From Centroscyllium fabricii (taxonomy: Eukaryota), in assembly GCA_051313645.2 (NCBI GenBank), contig JBNRSN020000020.1:20088001-20152000 (forward strand): a DNA stretch of 64,000 nucleotides. The letters run 5' to 3'. The notes beneath the pieces are model-generated. The model saw nothing but the letters and a program-made list of their open reading frames with translations. It made no database searches and was not told the origin of the DNA. Positions 1-11,971 of the stretch are shown piece by piece; within the stretch, counting starts at the first letter, position 1, and each line of letters begins with the position of its first letter. The translations under genes and the position numbers were made by a program.

Positions 1-528
1 CCACCCTGCAGCCGCCCACATACCTGCCTGGAGACCTACCATTCCTTCAGATGTTAGCATGCCAAGTACTATCCCTGGAGTTCTGTGGGGAGCAATGTTC
101 CCTTCAAGCAGTGTGGCTGCGTAGCTCTCTGGACCTCCCACGCAGGGGGCTCACCGGCTTTACAATGAGGAAACATTGCGCAGGTGCAGTATTTTGAATG
201 GGCATGCTGCATGGCCCCCCGAAAATTAACGGCAACATTGGTAGGAAGATGCCCAATTCAAGGGCTCTTCTAATGCTATTTCCTAGTCTGGGATGACCGT
301 TCCTCTGGTTTTCCCTCCCCAAGTCACGGGGAAGTGGCCAGCCTTTGTTCAGTAGTTGCTTATCGTGGTAAAGTCAAGCTAGGAAACTCATTGGATGAAA
401 GATAACAGGCGCGTACCCATATCTAAGCATTCACAGAGGTCCAGCTGGCTGTATTACTATAATAATAATGTTTTATTAGACAGGACCATCTTCCTCTGGA
501 CTTGCATGTGAAAGAAACCAAGTTTTTA

Positions 529-3500
529 AAATTCATTCCTGGGTTGTGTGTGTCGCTGGCAAGGCCCAGCATTTATTGCCCACCCTTGTTTGCCCTTGAG
601 AAGGTGGTGGTGAGCCGCCTTCTTGAACCACTGCAGTCCGTGTGGTGAAGGTACTCCCATTGTGTTATTAGGGAGGGAGTTCCAGGATTTTGACCCATCG
701 ACGATGAAGGAACAGCGATATATTCCCAAGTTAGGATAGTGTGGAACTTGGAGGTGGCGGTGTTTCCCATGCACCTGTTGCCCTTGTCCTTCTAGGTGGA
801 AGAGGTCACGGGTTTGGGGGGTGCTGCCGAAGAAGCCTTGGTGAGTTGCTGCAGTGCATCTTGCAGATGGTACACACTGCAGCCACGGTGCACCAGTGGT
901 GGAGGGAGTGAATGTTTAAGGTGGTGGATGGGGTGCCAATCAAACGGGTTGCTTTGATCTGGATGGTGTTGAGCTTCTTGAGTGTTGTTGGAGCTGCACT
1001 CATCCAGGCAAGCGGAGAGTATTCCATCACAGTCCTGACTTGTGCCTTGTAGATGGTGGAAAAGCTTTGGGGAGTCAGGAGGTGAGACACTCGCCACAGA
1101 ATACCCAGCCTCTGACCTGCTCTTGTAGCCACAGTATTTATGTGGCTGGTCCAGTTAAGTTTCTGGTCAATGAGGAGCCCAGGATGTTGATGTTGGGGGA
1201 TTCAGCGATGGCAATGCTGTTGAATGTCAAGGAGCGGGGGTTAGGCGCTCTCTTATCGGTGATAGTCATTTCCTGGCACTTGTGTGGCATGAATGTTACC
1301 TGCCACTTATCAGCCCAAGCCTGAATGTCATCCAGGTCTTGCTGCATGCGGGCATGGACTGCTTCATTGTCTGAGGAGTTGTGAATGGCACTGAACACTG
1401 TGCATCATCAGTGAACATCCCCATTTCTGACCTTATGATGGAGGGACGGTCACTGATGAAGCAGCTGAAGATGGTTGCACCTATGACACTGCCCTGAGGA
1501 ACTCCTGCAGCAACGTCCTGGGGCTGAGTTGATTGGCCGCTAAAAACCACAACCATCTTCCTTTGTGCTAGGTATGACTTCAGCCAGTGGAGGGTTTTTC
1601 CTCCGATTCCCATTGACTTCAGTTTTACTCGGGCTCCTTGGTGAAACACTTGGTCAAATGCTGCCTTGATGTCAAGCGCAGTCACTCTCACCTCACCTCT
1701 GGAATTCAGCTCCTTTGTCCATGTTTGGACCAAGGCTGTAATGAGGTCTGGAGCTGAGTGGCCCTGGCGGAACCCAAACTGAGCACTGGTGAGTAAGTGC
1801 CACTTGATAGCACTGTCAACACCACATTCCATCATTTTGCTGATGATTGAGAGTAGACTGATGGGGCGGTAATTGGCCGGATTGGATTTGTCCTGTTTTT
1901 TTGTGGACAGGACATACCTGGGCAGTTTTCCACATTGTCGGGTAGATGCCAGTGTTGTAGCTGTACTGGAAGAGCTTGGCTAGAGGCGCGGCTAGTTCTG
2001 GAGCACAAGGCTTCAGCACGACAGCCGGGATGTTGTTGGAGTGCACAGCCTTTGCTGTATCCAGTGCGCTCAGCCATTTCTTGATATCACGTGGAGTGAA
2101 TCGAATTGGCTGAAGACTGGCTTCTGTGATGGTGGGGACCTCAGGAGCAGGCCGATATGGATCATCCACTCGGCACTTCTGGCTGAAGATGGTTGCAAAC
2201 GCTTCAGCCTTGCCTTTTGTACTCATGTGCTGGGCTCCACCATCATTGTGGATACTCATGGAGCCTCCTCCTCCAGTTAGTTGTTTAATTGTTCACCACC
2301 ATTCAAGACTGGATGTGGCAGGACTGCAGAGCTTTGATCTGATCCGTTGATTGTGGGATTGCTTAGCCCTATCTATAGCATGCTGCTTCCGCTGTTTAGC
2401 ATGCATGTAGTCCTCTGTTGCAGCTTCCCCAGGTTGGCATCGCATTTTTAGGTATGCCTGGTGCTGCTCCTGGCATGCTCGTCTACACTTATCATTGAAA
2501 CCGGGTTGGTTGTCTGGCTTGAAGGTAATGCCAGGCCATGAGGTTACAAATTGTGGTGGAATACAATTCTGCTGCTGCTGATGGCTCACAGCGCCTCATG
2601 GAAGCCCAGTTTTGAGCTGCTAGATCTGTTCTGAATCTATCCCATTTAGCACAGTGGTAGTGCCACACAACACGATGGAGGGTGTCCTCAGTGTGAAGAC
2701 AGGACTTCGCCTCCACAATGACTGTGCGGTGGTCACTACTACCAATACTGTCATGGACAGATGCATCTGCGACAGGTAGATTGGTGAGGACAACTATGTT
2801 TTTCTCTCACCACCTGCTGCAGGCCCAGTCTGGCAGCTATGTGCTTCAGGAGTTGGCTAACTCAGTCAGTAGTGGTGCTGCTGAGCCACTCTTGGCATAT
2901 TCTGTGCCCTTGTTACCCTCTGTGCTTCTTTCAAGTAGTGTTCAACATGGAGGGGTACTGATTCATCAGCTGAGGGAGGGTTCCTTGCCCATGCTTAACC
3001 TGAAACCATGTGACTTCATGGGGTCCGGAGTCAATGTTGAGGACTCCCAGGGCCACTCCCCCCCTCTGTGTACCACCTCTGGTGGGTCTGGTCCTGCTGG
3101 TGGGACAGATGGAGGAGTCTGGGACCTTGGCTGAAAGGTATGATTCTGTGAGTATGACTATGTCAGGCTGTTTTGCTTGACTGGTCTGTGGCTCAGCTCT
3201 CCCAATTTTGGCACAAGTCCCCAGTGTTGACGAGGAGGACTTTATAGGGTCGACTGGGTTTTGTCGTGCCTGAAGCCGAGTGGTCTTTTTATTGTTATTT
3301 CTGTTTATTATTTAAACTGAGAAGCTTGCTGGGCCATTTCAGAGTCAACCACGTTGCTGTGGATCTGGAGCCAGACTGGGTAAGGACGGCAGATTTCCTT
3401 CCCTAAAGGACATGAGTGAACCAGATGGGTTTTCAAGACAATCTTTCATGGTCATCATTAGCTTTATTTTTAATTCTAGATTAATTTAATTAACTGAATT

Positions 3501-3607
3501 TAAATTCCCCAGCTGCCGTGGTGGGATTTGAACTTCTGTCTCGCGGATCATTGGTCCAGGCCTCTAGAATACTAGCCCAGGGACATTACCACTTTGCTAC
3601 CGTTCCC
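529..3607 (-). mobile_element. Near full-length, degraded APE-RT non-LTR retrotransposon (CR1/L2-group, Zenon/Crack-like) with tRNA-derived 5' head and no ORF1
   Basis: RT motifs QFGFR, ALDIKAAFD, GVPQGSV in ORF 1296..1835; APE N-terminus (KLGELSHR..PDIVILTESYL) at about 3130-3240; A/B-box head at about 3520-3607. Confidence 0.85.
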
Positions 3608-3735
3608 TTAAAGTAGCACAGAACCACCAGTGAGGGATATGTGTGAACAAAGTATTTGAATGCGGCTGTGATCCGAACAATGTCTCCAGCCTCTGCTCAC
3701 CATGGATCGCCAGGAAGTACTTCCATTAATGTTCT

Positions 3736-4133
3736 GGGCGGCACGGTGGCACAGTGGTTAGCATTGTTGTCTCACAGCACTGGAGACCCGGGTTCAAATC
3801 CAGCCTCGGGTGACTATCTGTGTGGAGTTTGCACATTCTCCCCGTGTCTGCGTGGGTTTCCTCCGGGAGCTCCGGTTTCCTCCCACAGTCCAAAGATGTG
3901 CGGGTTAGGTTGATTGGCCATGATAAATTGACCCTTAGTGTTAGGGGGATTGAATACGTGGGGATAGGGTGGGATATGTGTCGGTGTAGGCTCGATAGGG
4001 ATCAAGGGATATGGGGAGAGGGCAGGGACAGGGTGCTGGGTTTGGATGATTAGCCATGATCTCATTGAACAGCGGAGCAGGCTCGAAGGGCCGAATGGCC
4101 TACTCCTGCTCCTAGTTTCTATGTTTCTATGTT
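3736..4133 (+). mobile_element. HE1-type V-SINE (tRNA head, V domain, CR1/HER1 3' tail)
   Basis: A box tggcacagtgg, B box ggttcaaatcc, V domain gtgtggagtttgcacattctcccc...cccacagtccaaaga, (tttctatg)n tail. Confidence 0.9.
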
Positions 4134-4542
4134 CTCTTGTTTCAGCATTAATGCAGCAAAAGTCCACAAGGAAGCAAAAAGAACTGAGAGTGGAGTTGGT
4201 GTTCCAACACACTCTGTTTCAAAATGGTACGACGTGGGTTGGTCATTTTCAACCCCCCCACTCACAGCAGGTTCCTGAACCGTCACTGTGCTGTTCTTGG
4301 GGAGGTGGTGGAGGAAAGTGAGGCAAAGTACCTCTCTAGTGGAAAGAAAATGGAACGTGAGTCACCCCACCCGGCTCGTGTTTGAGCAGCTGGTTTGAAA
4401 ATGCAATTGGCCTGTGAACAGGCCGACCCACACCCTTAGATAGAGGATGGAGTGGGCAGATCGACACTGGGAGGAAGCACGGGCAAAGAAAAGATAAACT
4501 GTATCACTCAATCTAGATAGACCTCTTGGTGTTACTGCTGCA

Positions 4543-5203
4543 ACCCTTGTGCACCAGTCACTGAAGGTAAGCATGCAGGTGCAGCAGGCGGTTAAGAAAT
4601 CAAATGGTATGTTGGCCTTCGTAGCGAGAGCGTTTGCGTACAGGAACAAGGATGTCCTGCTGCAGCTGTAAAGGGCCTTGGTGAGACCACACTTTGAAGT
4701 ATTGTGTGCAGCGAAGATTCAACCGGCTGATATCTGGGATGGTAGGAATGACGTATGAGGAGAGATTGGGTCGATTGGGCTTATACTCACTGGGGTTTAG
4801 AAGATTGAGAGGGGATCTCATCGAAACCTATAAAATTATGTCAGGCCTGGACAGGCTAGATGCAGGAAGGATGTTCCCGATGGCCGGGGAGTCCAGAACC
4901 AGGGGTCACAATCTAACGATAAGGGGTAAGCCATTTAGGACTGAGATGAGGAGGAATTTCTTCACCCAGAGACTGGTGAACCTGTGGAATTCTCTGCCAC
5001 AGTGGGCGGTGGAGGCCAGTTCATTAAAGATGCTCAATAAGGAGTTGGATATATTCCTCAAGGCTAAAGAGATCAAGAGATATGGTGAGAAGGCAGGGAC
5101 AAGGTACTGAGTTTGGATGATCAGCCATGATCTCATTGAATGGTGGAGCAGGATCGAGGGGCCGAATAGTCGACTCCTGCTTCTATCTTCTATATTTCTA
5201 TGA
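4543..5203 (+). mobile_element. CR1 LINE 3' fragment
   Basis: YEERLGRLGLYSL..RRLRGDLIETYKI, FFTQR.VNLWNSLP; CR1 3' UTR. Confidence 0.9.
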
Positions 5204-5321
5204 ACAAATCTTGATGTTGATGGGATGAGACGAACTAAGGTGTGAGGAGGCTCATGTGGAGTATAAACACCGACATAGTTCTGTTGGGCCGAATGGCCTG
5301 TTTCTGTGCTGTAAATTCAAT

Positions 5322-5920
5322 GGTCAAAATATTGGTGAGCGCACGTTTTGAGGCGCTAACCTTGGCGCAGCGCTAAAGTTAGCGCCAGGTGCAAATTAGC
5401 GGCGGAGCTCCCGATATTGGGTTTAGCACCGGCCTTACAGAATGCAGCGCTAAATGTAGCGTTGTACGGCTGCGAACGGCCAATTTCCTGGCGCTAATTG
5501 GCGATCGCAGCGCTCCTTCAACCACTCCTGCCCTTCCCACGAACTCTGGCACCGGTCGGTCTCAAAGCGGGGAGGGAAGACAGTATGTGATGTCTCCCCA
5601 CCTCCCTCGGCATCTCCCCGATCTCGGACGAAAAGGCTACCAAACTAAAGGGAGCAAGTGTCTCCCTTTAAGTAGCATTTCCCAAAGCTGGCGCGGGCAG
5701 CGCTGCGCCGGGGTAATGGCGCAAAGGTGAATTTCGGGTGCAGCTCGGTGGGCGGGCGTTGCACCAGGATATCAGCAAAGGATCGCCGGTCGCCAATTAG
5801 CACGCGCTAACATTTAGCGCCGGCGCTAATCGCTTGGTGAATTTAGCGCCCAGCGCTAAAACCTCTTGCGCCCATTTTCCGGCGCTAATCGGTTGGCGTT
5901 AGAATGCCAATTTTTTGCCC
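5322..5920. mobile_element. GC-rich PIF/Harbinger-like MITE ('gcgctaa' family)
   Basis: Imperfect TIR ggtcaaaatattgg / ccaattttttgccc, 3-bp TSD aat/aat, many gcgctaa/ttagcgc motifs. Confidence 0.7.
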
Positions 5921-6009
5921 AATGTAATTTTTAGCTCCCATTTTGATCAACTTCATGCTTGTAATTACTATGCAGTGATCCCTGCTATAGTGTAGTGTGC
6001 ATATTTTCA

Positions 6010-7235
6010 AAAATTCATTCCTGTGATGTGAGCGTTGCAGGCAAGGCCAGCATTTATTGCCCATGCCTAATTGCCCTCGAGAGGGTGGTGGTGAGCCGCC
6101 TTCTTGAACTGCTGCAGTCCGTGTGGTGAAGGTGCTCCCACAGTGCTGTCAGGGAGGGAGTTCCAGGATTTTGACCCAGCGACGATGAAGGAACAGCGAT
6201 ATACATAGAAACATAGAAGATAGGAGCAGGAGTCGGCCATTCGGCCCCTTGAGCCTGCTCTGCCATTCAATGAGATCATGGCTGATCATCCAAACTCAGT
6301 ACCCCGTACCTGCCTTCTCCCCATATCCCTTGATCCCTTTAGCTCTAAGAATTATACCGAACTCCTTCTTGAATATATTTCATGACTTGGCCTCAACTAC
6401 ATTCTGTGGTAGAGAATTCCACAGGTTCACTACTCTCTGGGTGAAGAAATTCTTCCTCATCTCTGTCCTGAATTGCCTACCCCTTCTCCTTAGACTGTGC
6501 CCCCTGCATCTGGACTCTCCGACCATCGGGAACATTCTTCCTGCATCTAGTTTGTCCAGACCTGTCAGAATTTTATAAGTTTAGATGAGATCCCCTCTCA
6601 TCCTTCTAAACTCCAGCGAGTATAAGCCCAATCGACCCAATCTCTCCTCATACGTCATTCCTGCCATCCCAGGTATCAGCCTTGTGAACCTTCGCCGAAC
6701 TTCTTCCATGGCAAGAACGTCCTTCCTCAGATAAGGCGACCAAAACTGCACACAGTACTCCAGGTGCGGTCTCAACAAGGCCCTGTACAACTGCAGCAGG
6801 ACATCCTTGCTCCTGTACTCAAACCCTCTCGCTATGAAGGCCAACATACCATTTGCCTTCTTCACCGCCTGCTGCACCTGCATGTGTACCTTCAACGACT
6901 GGTGCACAAGAACAGCCAGGTCTCGTTGCACTTCCCCGTCTCCCAATCTGTTTCCATTCAGATAATAGTCTGCCTTTCTGTTTTTGACAGTCAGGATGGT
7001 GTGTAACTTGGGAGAGGAAGTTGGAGGTGGTGGTGTTCCCATGCGCCTGCTGCCCTTGTCCTTCTAGGTGGAAGAGGTCGCGGGTATGGGAGGTGCTGCC
7101 GAAGAAGTATTGGCGAGTTGCTGCAGTGCATCTTGTAGATGGCACACACTGCAGTCACGGTACGCCGGTGGTGGAGGGAGTGAATGTTTAAGGTGGTGGA
7201 TGGAGTGCCAATCAAGTGGCCTGCTTTGTCCTGTT
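6010..7235 (-). mobile_element. 3' fragment of the 529-3607 LINE family, interrupted by CR1
   Basis: Colinear with 530-960 on both sides of the CR1 insertion. Confidence 0.85.
6202..6990 (-). mobile_element. CR1 LINE 3' fragment
   Basis: ORF 6581..7042 with [19 protein letters not shown]; catagaaa tail. Confidence 0.9.
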
Positions 7236-7363
7236 GAGTGAGAACAGGATTTACACAGCATCCAAGCTCAATAACGTCCATCAGCTGCAGGTGTGTAGCT
7301 CAGCAAAGGGGTCAACATCTTGAGGAGAGGACAGGAAATTGGGGGAATGTATTTTTTTAAATA

Positions 7364-7480
7364 CATCGACCTGAAACATTAACTCTGCTCCTCTCTCCAC
7401 CGATGCTACCTGGCCTGCTGAGTTTCTCCAGCGTTTCCTGTTGTTATTTCGGATTTCCAGCATCCGCAGAATTTTGTTAT
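7364..7480 (+). mobile_element. Penelope-like-derived short repeat fragment
   Basis: Matches one arm of the hairpin element at 34284-34483. Confidence 0.55.
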
Positions 7481-7719
7481 TTTTTTTAAAGTTTGCCTCA
7501 ACAGTCCCATCTAGTGGTGCCAGTACGCCACTACAGCTGGATATTTCTAGTGGAGATTTTCTTGATGTTCAGAGTTATATTGTTCCACAGGTGAGCGAAT
7601 AGTAAAAGGTACACACCAGGGCGAGGAAGGGAAGGATTGGGATGAGGTCAAATGAGAAGGCGCACAGTTTGCCGACATGCAGGAAATGAATAAGAGAAGT
7701 GTACAGGAATGTCACCTAC

Positions 7720-7793
7720 CATCCATCTCCATGTACCTCCTCAGCTCCTGTTCCAGTCGGCTCTTCTGGTCCTCCAGCTCCAACTCACGCCAA
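7720..7793 (-). CDS. MICAL1: bMERB exon, 74 nt, phase 2->1: WRELELEDQKSRLEQELRRYMEMD
   Basis: Acceptor tgtgtttaactcag and donor G|gtaggt; ELELED..SRL.QELR signature. Confidence 0.92.
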
Positions 7794-8004
7794 CTGAGTT
7801 AAACACATAAAACCATTAGGTCTTTCTTCAGGACCAAAGGGCCTTCTACTACAGCTACAGACCCCCAGTTTAAGAAAGGTATCGCAGCTAAAGCCTTCAA
7901 TCCCTCTCTCCATCTCATTTTATGAATCTTTATTAAAACGACAATGTTCATTGCTTCTTTTAATTCTCCTTTCTTGCGGCTCCTCTGCTCCAGAATATAC
8001 CATC

Positions 8005-9530
8005 GTACCCACCCTCCCGCCCTGTATCCACCCCTCCCACCCCTGTATCCACTCCTCCTCCCCTGTATCCACCCCCTACACATCCTCCCTCCCCCGTATC
8101 CACCATCCTACCCACCCTCCCCCCCTGTAAGATAAGATAAGATAAGATTCAATTTATTGTCATTGTAAAGTGAACATACACAAAACAACGAAATGCAAAC
8201 ATGCAATCTCCCAAATTATTAAAATGTCCTTTAGTCCCAGTCTGATCCATTCCATCCCACCAGGACCACCCGGCGCTGCAGCCACGATGCGCCCGGTGCC
8301 CGGCCACGCAGGCCCTGGCGCTCCGGCCACGCAGCTCCCGGCCCTCGACGGCCTCGCAGCTCCCGGGCCTCGCAGCTCTCAGCGCCCGACGGCCTCGCAG
8401 CTCTCAGCGCCCGACGGCCTCGCAGCTCCCGGGCCTCGCACCCCTCCCACCCCTGTATCCACCCCTCCCACCCCTGTATCCACCCCTACCCACCCTCCCA
8501 CCCCCTGTATCCACCCCTCCCACCCTGTATCCACCCCTCCCCCCCGTATCCACCCTCCCCCCCTGTATCCACCCCTCCCACCCCTGTATACACCCCTACC
8601 CACCCTCCCTCCCCCTGTATCCACCCCTCCCACCCTGTATCCACCCCTCCCCCCCTGTATCCACCCTCCCCCCCTGTATCCACCCCTCCCACCCCTGTAT
8701 CCACCCCTACCCACCCTCCCTCCCCCTGTATCCACCCCTCCCCCCGTATCCACCCTCCCCCCCTGTATCCACCCCTCCCACCCCTACCCACCCTCCCGCC
8801 CTGTATCCACCCCTCCCCCATATCCACCCCTCCCACCCCTGTATCCAACCATACACACCCTCCCCGTGTATCCACCCCTCCCCCCCTGTATCCACCCTCC
8901 CTCCCCCTGTATCCACCCCCTGCACACCCTCCCCCCCCTGTATCCACCATCTACCCATCCTCCCTCCCCCTGTATCCACCCCCTACCCACCCTCATTCCC
9001 CCTGTATCCACCATCTACCCATCCTCCCTCCCCCTGTATCCACCATCTTACACACCCTCCCTCCCCCCCTGTATCCACCCCTCCCACCCCTGTATTCACC
9101 CCCTACCCACCCTCCCCCCCCGTATCCACCCCTACCCACCCTCCCCCCCCGTATCCACCCCTACCCATCCTCCCTCCCCCTGTATCCACCCCCTACACAC
9201 CCTCCATCCCCCTGTATCCACCCCCTACACACCCTCCATCCCCCTGTATCCACCCCCTGCACACCCTCCATCCCCCTGTATCCACCCCCTACCCACCCTC
9301 CCTCCTCCTGTATCCACCCCCTACCCACCCTCCCTCCTCCTGTATCCACCCCCTACACACCCTCCATTACCCTGTATCCACCCCTACACACCCTCCCTCC
9401 TCCTGTATCCACCCCCTACCCACCCTCCCTCCTCCTGTATCCACCCCCTACCCACCCTCCCTCCCCCTGTATCCACCCCCTACACACCCTCCCTCCGTCT
9501 CTATCCACCCCCGTACCTACCCTCCCTCCG
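8005..9530. repeat. C-rich irregular minisatellite (core cccctgtatccacccc), interrupted at about 8128-8440
   Basis: Dozens of tgtatccacc cores separated by C-runs; G4-prone on the minus (transcribed) strand. Confidence 0.95.
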
Positions 9531-9895
9531 CTCTGTACTCAATGTCCGACTCACTCACCTTGCTCTCTATATCGTCACAGCTCTCTCTTTCCTGGGATCT
9601 ATAACAAGCTCTTCGTCCAGTGACTTTCTCACTCTTACCCCCAGATGAAAGGTTGTGAGCTGCACTGTAACACTCGCGGTAGAGCTCTTAAGTTACACTG
9701 TAAAACTTTGGATTACACTGTAGCACTGTGCTATAAGGATCTCGGTTTCCCTTTCCTATTTATCCAGGGTTAGTGAACACCATACAGAAGACCCTTCAGG
9801 TTACTTGGGCTGCCAAGGATCTGGTTGGATATAGGGTGCTGGAATTCCTTCCAGAGCAGGACATGGAGTGTAAACAGGATTTGAATTGTTCTCAC

Positions 9896-9983
9896 GTTAT
9901 CATTAACTCGGACTCCTCGCTCACGAGCTGGTTCTTGTCTTGCACCAGTGCGATCCAGGATTGCATCAGCTGTGGCTGCTCTC
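9896..9983 (-). CDS. MICAL1: bMERB exon, 88 nt, phase 1->2: EQPQLMQSWIALVQDKNQLVSEESELMI(T)
   Basis: Acceptor ttctttttgcgacag and donor AC|gtgaga; LM..W..LV..KN.LV..ESELMI signature. Confidence 0.92.
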
Positions 9984-10417
9984 CTGTCGCAAAAAGAACG
10001 TTTAGAAACAATTAGGCCCACCAAGTCCATCCCTTTATTGATAGATCTCAGCCTCACCAACCCTCCCGAAAGGCATCCAACTGCCTCTTGAACCCACGTC
10101 TGCTTCCGTGTCTTTGTCTATGAACTTACTCTATTACCCTTTACGCGAACAAGTTCCACCTGACTTCCCTTCTCACTCACAATTTCCTGTATCCCCTGCG
10201 CGCTCCTCTTAACACAAGCTCACACAAACGTGTTGCGTGGGAGGATGGACCTCACTCGGTTTCGGTCGAGCATTGTTGACCCTGGGTGCACTCGACAGCA
10301 ACATGGCCTCTTTACTCGGATTCACCTGCAGCCCTCCCAGTGTCCCTTACGGTCCGTGCGCAACCCTGTGTCAGCAACTTTACTGCCCAGTACATCAGGA
10401 AGAAGCTCCTCATGGAT

Positions 10418-11382
10418 TCATAGAAGATAGGAGCAGGAGTAGGCCATTCGGCCCCTCAAGCCTGCTCTGCCATTAAATGTGATCATGGCTGATCATTCAA
10501 TTTCAGTACCCTGTCCTTGCCCTGTCACCATATCCCTTTAGCCTTAAGAAATATATCCAACTCTTTATTGAATATATTTAATGAATTGGCCTCGACTGCC
10601 TTGTGTGGTAGAGAAATCCACAGGTTCACCACTCCCTGGGTGAAGAAATTACTCCTCATCTCAGTCTTAAATGGCTTACCCCTTATTCTTAGACTGTGAC
10701 CCCTAGTTCTGGACTCACCGGTCATCAGGAACATCCTTTCTGCATCTAGTCTGTCCAGTCCTTTTAGAATTTTATAAGTTTCAATGAGATCCCCTCTCAC
10801 TCTTCTAAACTCCAGTGAGTATAAGCCCAATCAACCCAATCTCTCCTCATATGTCATTCCTGCCATCCCAGGTATCAGTCTGGTGAATCCTCGCCACACT
10901 CCCTCCATGGCAAGAACATCCTTCCTTAGATAAGGCGACCAAAACTGCACACAATACCCAAGATGTGGTCTCACCAAGGCCCTGTACAACTGCAGCAAGA
11001 CATCCTTGTTCCTGTACTCAAATTCTCTCGCTACGAAGGTCAACATACCATTTGCCTTCTTAACCGCCTGCTGCATCTGCATGCTTACCTTCAGTGACTG
11101 GTGCACAAGGACACCCAGGTCTCGTTGCACTTCCCCATCTCCCAATCTATTGCCATTCAGATAATAATCTGCCTTCTTGTTTTTGACACCAAAGTGGATA
11201 ACCTCACATTCATCCACATTATACTGCATCTGCCCAATCACCCAACCTGTCCAAATCACCCTGACGTTTCTCGGCATCCTCCTCACAGCACACACGCCCA
11301 CCCAGCTTTGTGTCGTCTGCAAACTTGGAGATATTACATCTAGTTCCCTCGTCCAGATCATTAATATATATTGTGAATGGCT
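10418..11382 (-). mobile_element. CR1 LINE 3' fragment (RT C-terminus)
   Basis: IYINDLD...[26 protein letters not shown]. Confidence 0.92.
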
Positions 11383-11418
11383 GACACATAATTAAACAGT
11401 ACAAGGGGCCACTGCACA

Positions 11419-11673
11419 TTGGGTTGCCAACCCCTCCAGGATTGCCCTGGAGTCTCCCGCAATCAAAGATTAATCCCCCGGACACTGCTGTGAGCAAACC
11501 GGGAAAAGAAATCATAGGGACATTTAAAAAAAAATGGTTTGTTCTTTGAACACTCCTGTTTATTGGTTATAAAAATATTGGCGATGGGGGAGAAATGATT
11601 GTTTGACCGAGTGGGGCGGGAGGTCATGTGATAAAACCTCCAGGAATGTGTCCAACCAGAGTTGGCAACCCAA
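11419..11673. mobile_element. hAT-type MITE
   Basis: 13-bp TIR ttgggttgccaac / gttggcaacccaa; degenerate 8-bp TSD actgcaca / agcgcaca. Confidence 0.8.
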
Positions 11674-11971
11674 AGCGCACAAGGGGCACGCTTATAGGAG
11701 AACATCACTGTTTCACCAATTCTCTCCCCCACCCCCTCCTCCCTTCCTCTCCTCCTGTCCCGGAGATGTTGACTGGTGTACAGTTCCACAGGTTCTGCTT
11801 CATCCAGTGTGGCCAGCTGGTGCTGCTGTGATGTGTGACAGACAACAAATCGAACACTGAGGCCATGCTGAAGAAGGCACATCAGCGCCTCTACCCTCTA
11901 TGGTGCCTGAGGAAATGCGGCATAAGCACACACAGCGGAACCCTCTGCCGGAATGAAAGCTGCCCTGCATC

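Noticed and set aside
3736-3810. tRNA genes (also near 17400-17489, 18023-18100, 38247-38315)
   Set aside because: The A/B boxes belong to SINE/LINE heads and continue into repeat bodies with no terminator.
1-7719. Terminal bMERB exon
   Set aside because: No segment with the expected ...VV..RD.L...L...R..E pattern was found; it probably lies beyond position 1.
9559-9598. Perfect donor AAG|gtgagt with a possible 40-nt exon between two bMERB exons
   Set aside because: It would frameshift a domain whose flanking exons already join perfectly.
8170-9648. 492-aa extensin-like proline-rich ORF
   Set aside because: Translation of a C-rich minisatellite antisense to the host gene.
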